Below, piece after piece: positions 15,594 to 30,919 of a stretch of 64,000 nucleotides of DNA; within the stretch, counting starts at the first letter, position 1, and each line of letters starts with the position of its first letter. This DNA is from the human T2T-CHM13v2.0 reference genome, Homo sapiens, in the NCBI RefSeq assembly GCF_009914755.1, contig NC_060926.1; one strand, written 5' to 3'. Both the position numbers and the translations under genes were made by a program. The notes beneath the pieces are model-generated. The model made no database searches, had not been told where the DNA came from, and was given only the letters and a program-made list of their open reading frames with translations.

Positions 15594-17361
15594 ACTCCCC
15601 ACCTTCCTCTCTTCTCTGTCTTATTCTCTCTCATTCCTACTCTTGCTTCCTTTTTCACAAAATTTTTTGATATACTAAAATATCTTTCTTGAAGCCAGTG
15701 GTTATTTATGTCAAATTTTACTTATAACTAGGAAACCTGGCTAAATTTTTCAAGGTTTACCACCTCTCCTACAGTTCAAACATTGATATTTGAATTTTGA
15801 CCCTTTAGTCACCTCAAGACATTAAAACCTTCACTGCTATGGTTGTTGCATTTATTAATATCTACTTTGCACTGATCACCACTTTATAATCACTTCATTC
15901 CACTGTACCTTAAATTAACCTTGTTCATAAATGTTTGAACCTATCTGTGTGTTCATATAGATAAAAATATTTTCTATTATATAACGCTATTACATATCAG
16001 TGCCAATCAAATCCACTAATTGTTTATAGAATTCCTAATACATGCAAGGCCAAGTGCATACAGCTTGTCAAACTGTTATCCAGGGGTCTGCTGATTTAAA
16101 AAAAAAATCACCAAGGGAGCTTGTTGAACCAGCAATTTACAGGCACAACATCAGATCTCTCCAGTAATAAACAATGAAATATGGGGGCTTTCCTCTTTGT
16201 AATTCTCATTTGTTGTGTATGCATGCATCATCACACTTAAAAACAAATAACACAATTTAGTGTATCATGTTTTATTTAGAAGAGTGTTGGTAACAAGGAC
16301 TGTAGCATATTCATCTTTATAGCAAAAATTTGCACCAATGCCATTCATCTTTGAGAACCACATGACATATGAATCCATAGAATCAGGACTGCTGCGTGTA
16401 TAGGGATACATTTCAAGGATTGTGAAATTGTAAGAATAGTGGTCAGGGTATTCTATAATCACATTGTTTGAGTTGAAGCCCAGTCACATTCTTACTTTGT
16501 ATTTAATTGGACAAATGTGACCTCCTAGGTAGAGAAATTACAAAGTATTTTCCTCTGAGGTTTGAGAAACACAAACACATAGGTAATCCATATAAAGCAG
16601 AAGTCTTTATTAAATTTTAAGTGAGTTGCTAAATACCATATACAATTATTAATAAGTATACAACATGGTTATACCATAGACTTATTATTTCTAAATTTTT
16701 CTATATCATGAATGTGAGGAAGGTGATCAGCAATATCTATAATAACAGAACAGCTATGGTTAACATTCGATACTGCATCGTAGAAACTCTACTGGGTTTT
16801 ATACCCATTATTTCTTATCCTCACAGAACTTTGATGTAGTTGAGAATTATGATTGTTGAAGGTCACAGATAGTCAAGTAGAAGCAGTATGTGAAGTTCAA
16901 CTATATTCCTCCAAAGTGCATGTCTTTTCCTTGTATGCCCAAGATACTTTAGTGTTCATATAAGATGTTATAAGTCCCTTTGTGCTCAACCTGGCAACGT
17001 ATTGGTTGACTTCCATATGAGTCACTTTCTATAGTATCAGGAGAAGTAAATTTACAAGAGTATTCCAGGAAGAAAGTTTGTGATTCTAACAGGCATCATG
17101 GAGAAAATACCATTGTAGAAATAAGAACAACAGGTTTCTGGGATTCCAAAAAAATGTTTTCACCCCTGATTGGAGTGTCCACCTTTGCTTAAGAAAATGA
17201 GACACCTGAAGTCTATTTGGAAAACTGCCAGGATTTTTTTATGGCGAACACATTATATGTTCTTTTAAGTAACCCCATTGGTTGAGTTTGATGGGTTCTT
17301 ATGTTCACTTTATTGAAGAAGAAACTGAGGCTTTGGAGAGCTATGCTTTTTGATAAGACAC

Positions 17362-17724
17362 TGCTGTGTTCTGAATGTTTGTGTCCTCCCCAGGGTTTAT
17401 ATGTTCAAATTCTAACCCAAGGCAATGGTCTTAGAAATTAGGGCCTTTGGGAGGTAATTAGGTCATAAGGGGGCAGCCCTTATGGACAGGATTAGTGTCC
17501 TTAAAAAGAGACCCCAGAGAGCTGCCTTACTCCCTCCACCATGGGAGAATACAGCAAGAAGCTACGTCTATGAACCAAAAAGTGGGCCTGCACCAGACAC
17601 CCCATCTGCTGGTACCTTGATCTTGAAATTTTACCCTCCAGAACTGTCAGAAATAATAGCTTATTGTTTATAAACCACACAGTTTATGCTGTTTTTGTTA
17701 TGGCAGCTTGAGCTGACTAAGACA
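17362..17724 (+). mobile_element. MLT1A0-like solo LTR
   Basis: tctgaatgtttgtgtcctcccc ... gggcctttgggaggtaattaggtcat ... gagctgactaagaca. Confidence 0.9.
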
Positions 17725-18004
17725 GCTACATAGCTAATGTGTGGTACAAGACACCTGGGACTTTGCTATTCTGATTTTTAAGTTAGCAATCTTTCTTCTG
17801 TCACACGTAACATATCCTTCCTTTAGGCTATCTTCAATTTTGTTGGGCTTTTGCCAGGATTCATTGCATACAGTCAACCCATATGTGCTTGTCTTCAAAG
17901 TTTGTCATAGAATTTATAATGTTATTGGAAGGAAGGTCAAACAGGGTTAATTTTTGTTGCTTAATCAAAAGAATAAATGCACTTTACTTATCACCCTGGA
18001 CTAT

Positions 18005-18905
18005 GTTCATTCATTTGTTTAGAAAATATTTATTGAGTATGCCCTTTACCACAGACAGTCCTGTATGAAAGCAGATAAACGGGTATCTATCTGGCCTTCA
18101 GGAAGCTTAAAGCATACTGGAGAAGACATGTATAAATCAAATCATCACATAATCTAGTAAAAACTCCATAATGGTCAATCATGATAAAGGTTACATAAAT
18201 AGACTTTCAGGGTGAATAGGAGGAATTGGACTTGTTGGTAGAGTGAGGAAAGGTTTCTTCCAGGAGAAAAAGCAAAGTGAGGCACCTCCAAGAAGAGGCC
18301 ACAACATGAGAAACAGACCTTCTAGAAGCTTCAGGTCAATACTGGAGACTAAAAGAAGGCTGGAGTGCTGCCTACAAGGGGCACCTGATGTAAAAAGAGA
18401 CAAGAAACAAGTGACATCTAGACTTGTTCAGGCTTTCTATTCTATATCGTGCTCACTTATGTCAGAAAGCTTTGTACTTAACTGTAGAGAAAAGAGAAGG
18501 CAGTGGAGGGTGTAAAGCAGGAGAGGAATATATTTGAGTAATGGGAAGATTGTTGTGCCTGTGCTGGAGAAACCAGATTAGAAGAAGCAAGTGTTGATCT
18601 TGAAAGTCAGGTCAGGAAGAAAATAATTAGAGCTTGAACAAGTGGGAGAAAACAAGTGAGAGTCATTCAGGTGGTAATTCTACAATCAACAGCGATAGAT
18701 TATATATGGGGCCTAAAAAAAAGCCAGGGGTTAAGGGTGATGCCACAGATTCTGGCCTTAAGATTAGTGGTGACATTTGCTAGTATCATGAGAATAAGAG
18801 CAGATTTCAGACGAAGATTGACAATTTAGTTATGTTGAATGAGAGTTTTAGTTTAAAAGATTTAAGACATCTAGTTACACATTAGACATTTAGGTCTAAC
18901 TCAGA
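18005..18905 (-). mobile_element. L2 fragment including its 3' end
   Basis: ttcattcatttgtttagaaaatatttattgagt (antisense L2 tail) followed by purine-rich L2 body. Confidence 0.75.
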
Positions 18906-19074
18906 GTTTGAATTTATTTTCCTTTCATTTAGCCTTAGAAGTAATAGACAATAATCATGGCTCTTTTAACATTTGATGGAATTTTGTCTTACAGTATTAT
19001 AGAAGAGAGAGCTATGCAAATTCCTTGTCAGAAATGATATGTTATCACTCAGTCTTTATTTTTTCTTAATCCAC

Positions 19075-19540
19075 AATGCCTTGGATGCTTATAATTGCAA
19101 ATAACCAAAAACCCTACTGAAGTAACTCTAACTTATTGAAAAAGAAATATTTTACTTATGGAAATGAGTAAGTGCAGATGTGGGGTGGGCTTCAGGTGCC
19201 ATATGGTCAGCGCTCCAGCTCCATTTTCCTGAGGTTTCCTCAACTCCTTTCTGTTTTGTCTTCAGACTCAGGCTGGTATTCCTTATGAAAGAAAAGGCCT
19301 ATAGCGGTACCAAAGTTAACTGTCTGAACACCATGTCATCCAAAGCAAGAAAAGAGCATCTCTATTACAAAATTTTTAAGAAGAGTCCCGAGAATAACTA
19401 TCTTAGCCTTGGAACACATGTGCCACTCCAGGAGCTAAGAATGGAATAAAATCGCTCAAAGCCACACAGATTCTACTATACACAGGGGCTTATTTGAAAA
19501 AGGAAAATGGATATTAGAGAAGCAAACAACAGCTACTCCT
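19075..19540 (-). mobile_element. Old MLT1 LTR (MLT1N/O-like)
   Basis: ggatgcttataattgcaaataacc ... ggcttcagg ... ccagctccatttt ... ggaaaatggatattagagaagcaaac. Confidence 0.6.
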
Positions 19541-19818
19541 AACATTTTTGGGCAGATAAACATCCACACACAAGTTTCTGTAACATATCCCTTTTCCAAT
19601 ATGTTTTTATCAACCTGGGATTTGCTCATTTTCTCTCCAAAAAAAGAGTTTTTCTAAAAAAATGTATTATCCAGTTATAACATCTAGCTCTGATCTTTAG
19701 GCTCACTGGATGAACTGTCTTCTTCATCAAGCTCGTAGGCAGCTTCTCAGTGTTCAGTATTTATGGGTAAATAAAACTTTAGTCCAATATATAAATTTTC
19801 TTAAAAATTACCTCTGGG

Positions 19819-20277
<459 letters not shown>

Positions 20278-20489
20278 TTAATCTTCTCCATGGTCACAGG
20301 TACTGCACTTTGGCGAGGCTTTTCCTTTAAGAAATCTTAATAAGCAGTCCATTTCCATGTGATAATGATTATTCAGAGGCCTGGAGATCATCCCATAGCT
20401 TGAAAAATTGTAAGCCATTGGAAGTCAGTCTTGAGGTTACTGGTGATACACTGTCCTTAAGTATTCAGCAGCCTTCAGGTCTACTTTGG

Positions 20490-20882
20490 TTGCCCTACAA
20501 AGGCAGGAAGGACCCCCCACTCAAAAGTTAGTTTGAATGTTGAGACTGATGTTGCCACACATAGAAGAAGGTGTGAAAAGGATGTGTATACACTGGGGCT
20601 TTTGTGGGAAGGGTGGCGCAGGCCTCCCAAGCCGCTCCTAACAAAGCTTTAAAAGGGCCAGGAAAGAGGCTGGCTGAGGTGGTTTATTGTGGTTAGGGGT
20701 TCTCACAGGTGAGCCACAGCTTGCATGGTTTAAATCTCCGCTGGCTTCAAAAGAGGTGGCAGCCAGGCTTTCTCATCAGCTTCCCCAGAAGTGGGCCACA
20801 ATGGGGAGAGGTAAGGATAAGGCTTAAAAGATGTCAGCTATCAAATATTTTCTTTAAAAAGCAGTCAGACTCTTTATCTACA
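20490..20882 (-). mobile_element. ERV solo LTR (ERVL-class, subfamily uncertain)
   Basis: Minus strand begins tgtagataaagagtctgactgc...cttttaagcc...gggaagctgatgagaaagcctgg, an opening I recognise from old LTR families. Confidence 0.6.
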
Positions 20883-22593
20883 CGGTTTATAGTAACTTCT
20901 AATGTTTTTCATGTACTAGAGGTCGTAGACTCTTACCTGGCCAACATTTGCAGCTACTAATGAGCTTGAGGTTTTCTGTCCACTCTCAACAAGTGCGTCT
21001 ATCTTTCTAATCTTCAACTGAAATGTGTTTTGGGGCACATTGAACAAAGTGAACCTAGGGAAACAAGGTAAAGGTAAATTGCCCTTTCAACCCAGGCTGC
21101 TTCCCAGCTTTTTCTCACACTGAAGTGATTATTTCCTACAACAAACAGAGATTACTCTGCTGGAGTTGTGTGAGGAGGCTTTGGGGATCCGGCTTTTCCT
21201 GTGTCACAGTCTTAAACCCATCATAATTTTAACTTTACTGTTTCCATTAGAAAAGATTTGAGGTAGAAAATGTAGTTCTTAAATCTTAAATGTTTCAAAA
21301 TGTTGAGTGTCATCAACATGGAATGCAGGCCACAGGCAGAAAGGCCTCTCATTGTTAAGCTGCGGATCTTCCTCTGCTTCTCTGCAGAACAGTTTCAAAG
21401 CCGCTTATCTCTGTGATGAATGAACTTATTGAAAGTACCAAAAATAGCAAGCAAGTAACACTACCCTGACTTTTGAGCCATGTCCCCTAATGCTGTGACC
21501 TTTATAAGCACAACATCCATGTCCAAACTTATTTTTTTATTTTTTCTTAATTGATACATGATATTTTACATATTTGTGGGGTACATGTGATAGTTTGTTA
21601 CATGCATAGAATGTAATGATCAAGCCAGGGTATATAAGGTGTGCATCACCTCAAATATTTATTATTTCTATATGTTGGGAGCATTTCAAGTCATGTAGGT
21701 ATTTTGAAATATACAATACTTTGTTCATTATAGTCATCCTACTCTGCTATGGAACATTAGAACATATTCCTTCTAACTGTATGTTTGTTCCCATTAACCA
21801 ACCTCTTTTTATCTTCCCTACCCCTCACACATGGCTTCTTCAGTCTCTGATATCTATTGTTTTATTCCCTATCTTCAGGAGATCCACTTTTTTTAGCTCC
21901 CCTATGTGAGTGAGAATATGGGATAGTTGTCTTTTTGTGCCTGGCTGATTTCACTTAACATGATGACCTCCAGTTTCATTCATGTCCCTGCAAATGACAG
22001 GATTTCATTCTTTTTTATTGCTGAATAGTATTTTGTTGTGTATGTGTAGCACATTTTCTTTATCAATTCATCCGTTGATGGATACTTAGGTTGATTCAAT
22101 ATCTTTGCTCTTATTAATAATGCTGCAATAAACATAAGGCTGCAGGTATCCCTTTGATATGCTGATTTCCTTTCCTTTGCATAAATACCCAAGTAGTGGG
22201 TTTAGTTCTGTTTTTAGTTCTTTGAGAAATCTGCATACTGGTTCCCACAGTGGCTGTACTAATTCACAAGCCTACCAACAATGTATAAACGTTCATTTTT
22301 CTTTCATCATTAGCATCTGTTTTGTTTTGTCTTTCTAATAATAACCATTCTAGTTGGGGTAAGATGATATCTCATTGTGGTGTTCATTTGCATTTCCCTG
22401 ATCCTGAGTGATGTTGAACATTGGTTTATATACCTGTTGGCCATTTGTAAGTCTTTTTTCGAGAAATGTGTTTATGTCGTTTGCCCACATTTTAATGCAA
22501 TTCTTTTGGGTTTCCTTTTTTTGTTTTTGTTTTTTTTTTTAGTATTGAAATGAGTTCCTTGTATATTCTGCATATTAGTCCCTTGTCTGATGA

Positions 22594-22948
<355 letters not shown>

Positions 22949-23254
22949 TACAGGTTTTCTCTTAACTCTGTTGATTATTTTCTTTGCTGTGCAGAAGCCT
23001 TTAAGTTTAACATAGTCCCATTTGTCTATTTTTGTTTTTCTTTCCTGTGCTTTTTAAGTCTTAACCATAAAATTTTGCCTAGACCAATGTGCTGAAATGA
23101 TTCTCCTATGTTTTCTCCCAGCACCTTTATAGTTTTGGGTCATATGTGACGTCTTTAATCCATCTTGAATTGATTTTTGTTTATGAAAAGAGATGGGGGT
23201 TGAGTTTCATTCTTTTGCATAAGGAAATCCAGTTTTCCCAGCATTATTTATTGA

Positions 23255-23667
<413 letters not shown>

Positions 23668-26600
23668 TATCTGAGTTCTTTATTCTGTTCCTTTAGCCTA
23701 TATATCTGTTTTCATAACAATGCCATGCTATTTTCTTTACTATAGCCTTGTAATATACTTTGAAGTCAGGTAGTATAATTGTTCTTACTTTGTTTTGCTC
23801 AGTATTGCTTTGGGTATTTGGGCTCAATTTTGGTTCCATATTAGCTTTCAGAATTTTTTTTCTATTTCTGTGAAAAAGGATGTAAATAGCTTGACAGGAA
23901 TTCCATTGAATCTATAGATTGGGTAGTATAGTCACTTTCAATAATATTAACTATGCTGATCCATGAACATGGGATGTTTTTCTATTTGTGTGTATTCTCT
24001 TGAATTTCTTTCATCAGTTTTTTTAATTTTTTTTTCTTGTGAAAGTATTTCACCCCCTTGGTTAAATTTATTTCTGAGTATTTTATTTGTAGCTATTATA
24101 AGTGGAATTGCCTTTTTGATTTCTTTCTCAGCTCGTTCATTATTCACATATAGAAACACTAATGACATTTTTAGTGTTGTTAATTTTGTATCCTGCAGCT
24201 TTACTGAATTTATCAGATCTAAATTTTGTGGTGGGGTCTTTAGGTTTTTCTAGATATAAGATCATGTCTTCTGCAAAGAGAGACAATTTGACTTCCTTTT
24301 TCCAATTTGACTGATTTTTTTTTTCTCTTGCCTGACCACTCTGGCTATAATAATCTCCAATACTATGTTGAGTAACAGTGGAAAAAATGGGCATCCTTGT
24401 CTAGTTTCTAGTTCTTAGAAAAAAGGCTTTTAGCTTTTCCACATTCATTATTTGGTTGTCATATATGGCCTTTATTATGTTGAGGTATGTTCCTTTTATA
24501 CTCACTTTATTCAATGTTGTTTTTTCTTTATCAACGGGATATTTTATTTTATCAAATGCTTATTTTTCATGTATAAAAATGATCAGATATTTTTTGTCCT
24601 TCATTCTGTTGATGTAACGTATTACATTTATTGATTTGCGTATAGTGAATAATCCTTGTATCCCTGGAATAAATCCCACCTGATCATGGTGTACTTTTTT
24701 TATGTGCTGTTGGGTTCAGTTTTCCAGTATTTTGTTGAAGATATTTTGTGTCCATGTTCATCAGAGATATTGATCTAATGTTTTCTTTCTTTTTATTTTT
24801 TAATATGTCTTTGTCTGGTGTCAATATCAAGATAATGTGGACTTACAGAATGGGCTAGAGAGAATTCCCTCCTCTTCAATTTTTTGGAAGAGTTTGAGGC
24901 AAATTGATGTTGGTTAATATTTTTGGTAGAATTCAGCAGTGAGGCCACACCATTTCTTCCCAATTCAATCTTGGTCAGTTGCATATGTCCAAAAATGTAT
25001 ACAATTTTTCTAGATTTTCCAGTTTGTTGGTTTATAGTAATTCATGATAGTGTTTGATTATCTTCTGTATTTATGTGATATCATTTGCATGTTGTTTACT
25101 TTCTGTATATTTGTATAGTTTTAAAAACTCCTCTTGGTATTGATTTCTTGTTTTATTTCATGTCATCTCAGAAGGTATTTCAAATAATTTTAATATTTAA
25201 AAATTCATTGCCACTTGGTTTTTGGCCTAACATATGGTATATCCCAGAGAATGTTCCATGTGCTGATCAGAAGAATGCAGGGTTTGTGCAAAATGTTTTG
25301 CAGATAAATGTCTGTTAGGTCCATTTGGTTTAAAGTGCAGTTTAAATCCAGTGTTTCTTGGTTGAATTTATGTCTAGATGATCTGTTTAATGTCAAGAAT
25401 GAGGAGTTTAACTCCCCCACTATTATTGTATTGGAGTCTATCTCGCCTTTTAGATCTAGCATTATTTGGTTTATATATCTAGGAGTTCCAGCATTGAGTG
25501 TATATATATTTAGATTTGTTATATCCTCTTGATGGATTGACACCTTTATCATTATGTAATGACCTTATTTCTTTCTTTTTACTGTTTTTGACTTAAAGTG
25601 CATTTAGCTGATGTAAGTATAGCTACTCCTGCTTGATTTAGATTTCTATGGAATAGCTTTTTCTATTCCTTTACTTTCACTCTATATACGTCTTTACTGA
25701 TAAAGTGAGTTTCTTGTAGGCACCACATGATTGCATCATTTTTAAAAACTACATTCAGCCAGTATATATCTTTAAAGTGGAAAATTTAATCTCTTTACAT
25801 TCCAGGTCATTATTGATATGTGAGGTTTTATCCCTGTCATGTTGTTAATTGTTTTCTGGTAGTTTTGTATATCCCTTTTTTCTTTTTTATTTCTCTGTTG
25901 TTTATCATCAGGGTTTGGTGGTTTTTTGAAATAACATTTGAGTTTTCTCTTCCTCATTTATGTCTTTGTTCTACTAAGGAGTTTTATATTTTCATATGTT
26001 TCCACAATAGTATATATCATCTTTTCATTTCCAGGTTTGGGACTCTCTAAAGCATTTCTTGTAGGGACAATCTAATGGTGAAAAAAAAATTTCTCAGTTT
26101 TGGCTTATCTGGGAAAGATTGATTTCTTATTCATTTATGAAGGATAACTTTGATGGCTATATTATTCTTGACTGACTGATTTTTCTTTCAGCACTTTGAA
26201 TATATCATCTCATTCTCCCCTGGCCTGTAAGGTTTTTTGTTTGTTTGTTTTTCCTGAGAAATCCACTGTTATTCTTTCTTCTGCTTAATCTAGTCTGTTG
26301 TTGAAACTCTGGAATACATTTTTTTTTTAAATTTCATATATTATTAAGTTCGGGGATTTTCTTTTTTTTAATGGTATCTATATCTTTGGTAAATTTCTCA
26401 TTCATATCCTGAATTTTTTTTCTGATTTCTTTATATTGTTTATGTGTTCAATTGATTTCACTGAGCATTTTTATTCATATTCAATTTCTGGCATTTCATC
26501 ATTTCTTTTTTCCTGAAATTTTTTGTTAGAGAATTATAATTCTTTGGATGTGTCCAATTTTCCTGCTTTTCACATATGTGGCATCTTTCCATTTATATCT

Positions 26601-28534
26601 GCACATCTGGTGAAATGGTCACTTATTTCATTCTTTGGATTGTCTTTCATAGGGGAAGAATTTTACTGACTATGTGTCTATGTTGATTGAGTATGGTATT
26701 TTTAATTCTGGGTACATACAGTAATGCAGTCTTTGAATTATATATTCAGCTGTGAATAGCATCAGTAGTATTTGTGAATTCTTTAGTGGCTTGGGTATCA
26801 TTGTTAGTGGAGGCTGTGGTGAACCTTTGCTAGGGATAAAGATGCCAGGTGGGCCAGTCTTTGAACCCCAGTAGTGGCAGCTGCAGGCCAAATATTTATT
26901 TTTCTGGGCACCTAGGTGGTTTATTCAGGCACTGGTGTTAGCAGGTCCAGGTGGCCTGATCCTTGGGCTTTCAGGGAGCTTACTCAGGTGCCAGCAATGG
27001 AGGTGGTGGGCCAGATGGGTGGGTGGGTCCATAAGCCCACGAATAGCATGTATGGCATGAACAATGGTAGTAGCACTGATGTGGCAATTCTTAGGCTCCC
27101 CGGTGGCTCTTGTTAATAGGGCTGTGATGGGCTAGGCATGCCAGTTTCCTGGAACCCAGTTGGTGCATGCAGGCAAGTGCTAGCAGTGGTGTTGGTGGCA
27201 GGCTGTGTGGGCCCATCTTCAGGTTCCCAGGAGGAGTGCACAGGTGCTAGCAGAGGTGGACCAGCCAGGGTGCTCCCCAGGTCCCTGGGTGGCATGCTCA
27301 GGCACTGGTGGGGGATGATGCCAGGCCAAGCAGGCCTGAACTCACGCCCTCTGGTGGTGCACATGGGTGCAGGCTACAGTAGGTAGGGTAGGGCAATCTG
27401 CAGTGGTAGAGAGAGAAAGCCTGTTCTTACAGTGTGTGAAATTTTGCAGCAGTCCTGCTGCTGGGAGGCAATGAGTTGCTGTCAGTGGGAGCAGACTCAA
27501 GCAGGCAGACAAGCAGCCTTCAGGTTCTGGGGAGTCTATATTTGGCTCCCCAGTGGCAGCAGCAGCTGTGGTGGTATTCAGGGATATCCCGTACTTAGGA
27601 CATACTTAGGGCATATATTAGAGCACAGAAGCCATGCTGCTTGTTGTCAGTAGCCCCATATAGGCAGCTTTCAGGCTCTGAGAGTTGCTCACTTTGGCTC
27701 CTGGCAGTAGCCACAGCCATGGTGGTGTGCAGGAGGAGTTAGTCCTCAGAGCACAAGCTAGAGCAGAGACTGCTGCTGTTGGGGTTGGAGTTGCTGTCAG
27801 CAGCCCCAGGAAAGCAGCTCTTAACCCCTGGGGAGTTTCCACAGCTTAGGTTTCCTTTTTCCTAGGGCAGCCTCCCTGGTGTGCTGTACCACCCTTTCCC
27901 TGGGGTGTAGAACTCTGTGTGGCCTACAGTTATGGGGACGCTGCCACATTGTTGGGTCTACCTGGTGTTGCACCACTGCAGCCCTCCAAGTGGACATGGG
28001 GAATTTCAGGGAGGGCTCCCAAGATGTGGAGATGCAGGGGCTGTTGAGCACCAGGGCAGGATGCAGTCTGATGGAGACTGGACTCTCAACATGGCATTGT
28101 GCTGCAGTTTCTTAGGTCTCCAGGGGTGTGTATGACCTAGCATGAACTCCCTCTCTGGAGCAGTGCCTTTGTGGTATCTCCAGGCAACTGCCTATGCTAA
28201 TCTAAGGGGCTATGTGGGTCATGGGCCTCTCCTGTGCCTAGGATTGCAGGAACCCTCGGTGGGAATGTGGACTGCTGAGGATCTCTCACTTACCCTTTCC
28301 TTGCACCAGGGGGTTGGGGACAGTCTTGAGGATCCCAGCTGATCCTGGCTACACTGGCTAACTCCTTTATCCTCTCCTGTGCCTCAGATGTTTTCTGTCA
28401 CTTCTCTGCTGTATTCAATGTTCTGTCTTATATGCTCTTTTTGAGAGTGAATATCTATTCATAATTTTAGTTCTTTCTGGAGGAGGCAACTGTCAAATGC
28501 CTGTAGTTAGCCATCTTTACCCTATTCACTCCAT

Positions 28535-29110
28535 GTTGTGATCTTTTCCTAATTTGGTCTTGAGGTCTGTCTATGGACAGTGACCATATGCTAAGCTATC
28601 TACTCTCTATAAGAACCCTGATAGGGGAAGTTAATTTCAGGTGTATGTGTCAAGTGAGACACATGAGGAAGTGAAAAAAATGCATGAAACAGAAGAAATG
28701 CATTATTAGGGATCTCAGAGATGTTAGGGTGGCTAATGGGAAGTCCAGAGGCAGTAGGGGGCTCCACTAGCATGAGAGGACCTAGGGGACTATGCCTTTC
28801 TCAAGGTCCATAGGAATTACCTTTTTGGCTTTTCTGTGTCGTTTGTGGATGGGCTAATTTAAAGAAAACATATCAGAAAGTGGGAAACTTATTTACATGA
28901 CGCTGGTGTTAATGATTAAGCGTCTTTTGTGATCAGTAGTTGTAGGATGTGTTGCGTTTTGGGTTAGTGAGATGAGGAATAAGTGGGCTACACTACAGGC
29001 AACCACAGGGAAGGGAAATTTTAGTGAGGCCAAAGGTGACAGGGTCGACAGGGATTCAGACAACTAAAATGGATGCTGAGGCAGCAACTACATTAAAGCG
29101 ATTTATGACC
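28535..29110 (-). mobile_element. ERVL-class solo LTR (MER73/74-like)
   Basis: Minus strand begins tcataaatcgctttaatgtagttgctgcctcagcatccatttt ... cctgtcacctttggcct. Confidence 0.65.
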
Positions 29111-29649
29111 AAACTTTCCAGAGACCACTCACTAACAATTGTATCACCAATGTAGAAAAATCTTCAATTTCTCACTTGAGGTAGAAAATTCTACACTCTT
29201 CTCCTGCATAACATAATTGAGGACAGTCTATTAACAACACATCACTCCCAATCTTACTAATATTAAGTGGGGTGATTTTGCTTTTAAGAAACAAAAAACT
29301 GTATTCAAAATGAATTAAGCTATAAATTAAGCTATAAATATAACTTTTTTTGTCTTAAAGAATTGAAAGGGATTAATAGGTAGGCAAGCTTCAGACATAT
29401 CAAGAATTCAGCTCCATTTCTCTGCTATTCTGTCGACACTCATCTCCTGAGTGTTGCTTTTTTCTGGGCCCAGTGCTGAACAGTGCAAGGCAGAAGTACT
29501 AGGCCTTATAGTGCCCAAAGCAACAGAGTGGCAAATTATGATTTTCTCAATTTTCCCATCAAATATTCTCAGATTTCAGGTCAAATGCCCATCCCAAATG
29601 GAAACTTAGGGCCGGTATGGCAGAAGGCACTGTTGGAGTTCGCCTTGTT

Positions 29650-29721
29650 ACCTGGGGTGAATTCTAGAACCTGGGGTGAATTCTACTACCATTTCTAGAA
29701 CCTGAGGTGAATTCTACTACC
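29650..29721. repeat. Three direct copies of acctg(g/a)ggtgaattcta
   Basis: Copies at 29650-29666, 29669-29685 and 29700-29716. Confidence 0.95.
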
Positions 29722-30919
29722 TAAAAACAATGAATTTCCAATAAAATTATACAGACAACAAACTGGTATCCAGTGGATTTGGTACTAAATAAAAGTATTT
29801 GTCCAATAAGAAGATAGTACATTTTCAGAGTTTAAACTGTTAATTGATTTCCATGTTAAGTTACATGAGACATAATTGCCCCTCATTTTGTTTCTAGTGT
29901 TTACACAGGTTCAACCTGTGCTAGATAATCTTTCCAGTATGTTCCTGTCCTGAAGCGACTTCCAGGGAGGCTCTGGAATTTTCCTTTATGCTTGTTGGTA
30001 AGAAATATCTGATCTACCTGGAGATAGACAAGACTTGGGCTAGGAAAATTAAATGAATGACCTTTAAAGTCCCTCTTGTCCATTCAGGGGCATGAATATT
30101 AGTATCCAGGTTATCCGTTCATGTATGAAAAATTGTTTTCTGTGGTTTCTCCTGAAAACTTTTTATAATCAGTTATAAACTTTTAATACAACCTACTTTT
30201 CTTTCATCAAATAGTTTCTTCTAAGAATTGTACAAAGCTTCCACTTTTATAACATTATGCATTTAAGAAGGCTTTTTAAATAAAAATTGGAATGAACTCC
30301 TTTGAAAGTTTATGCTAAAGTTGTGTCCTTCTGAAATGAACTCTTTCTTCTCTTTTAATGGTTCTTTCTGTGATGAAATTGGAATAATTACTTTGGTTAA
30401 CTTTTCCACTTCTAAATTAGAGCCACCTGGATAAACGATATGTTTCTTTTTTTCAAAAGCAAAGCTTTTTAAAATGTGACTTTTTTCCTACTCCCTTATA
30501 ATCTCTGTACCATCAACTCTGAGGAAATCAGTGACTTCATTTCTGTTAACCCATACCCTCGGCTCAAAGTCAATATCAGTTCTGTGTCCCACTTAGGTGT
30601 GTATCATAACAAATATTATATTTCTGTATTTCAAATATGTTTCTTCCCTGTGTTATTTTCCTTCTCTTTCTGCTGTCGGATAAGAGATAGACAGTGAATT
30701 GCCTCAAGCAAAGATATTCAAGGTTGAATCCTGCATGAGGGTGTCACCGAGAAGACCACTTCAAGGGGCGTCTTTTCCTCATTAGCACAAAGGGGCCATA
30801 TGCTCACCAAGCTGTGCATACATATATTTGCATCTGTCCAGAATGAGACACCTTTTTCAGTTTGAATAAATACCCTCTCCTAGAGTTGTAGGTCTAGTTG
30901 TACAATTTTTCAGAGTTCC

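Noticed and set aside
26900-28350. CpG-island promoter or gene cluster
   Set aside because: GC-rich but CpG-depleted and continuous with the L1MA body
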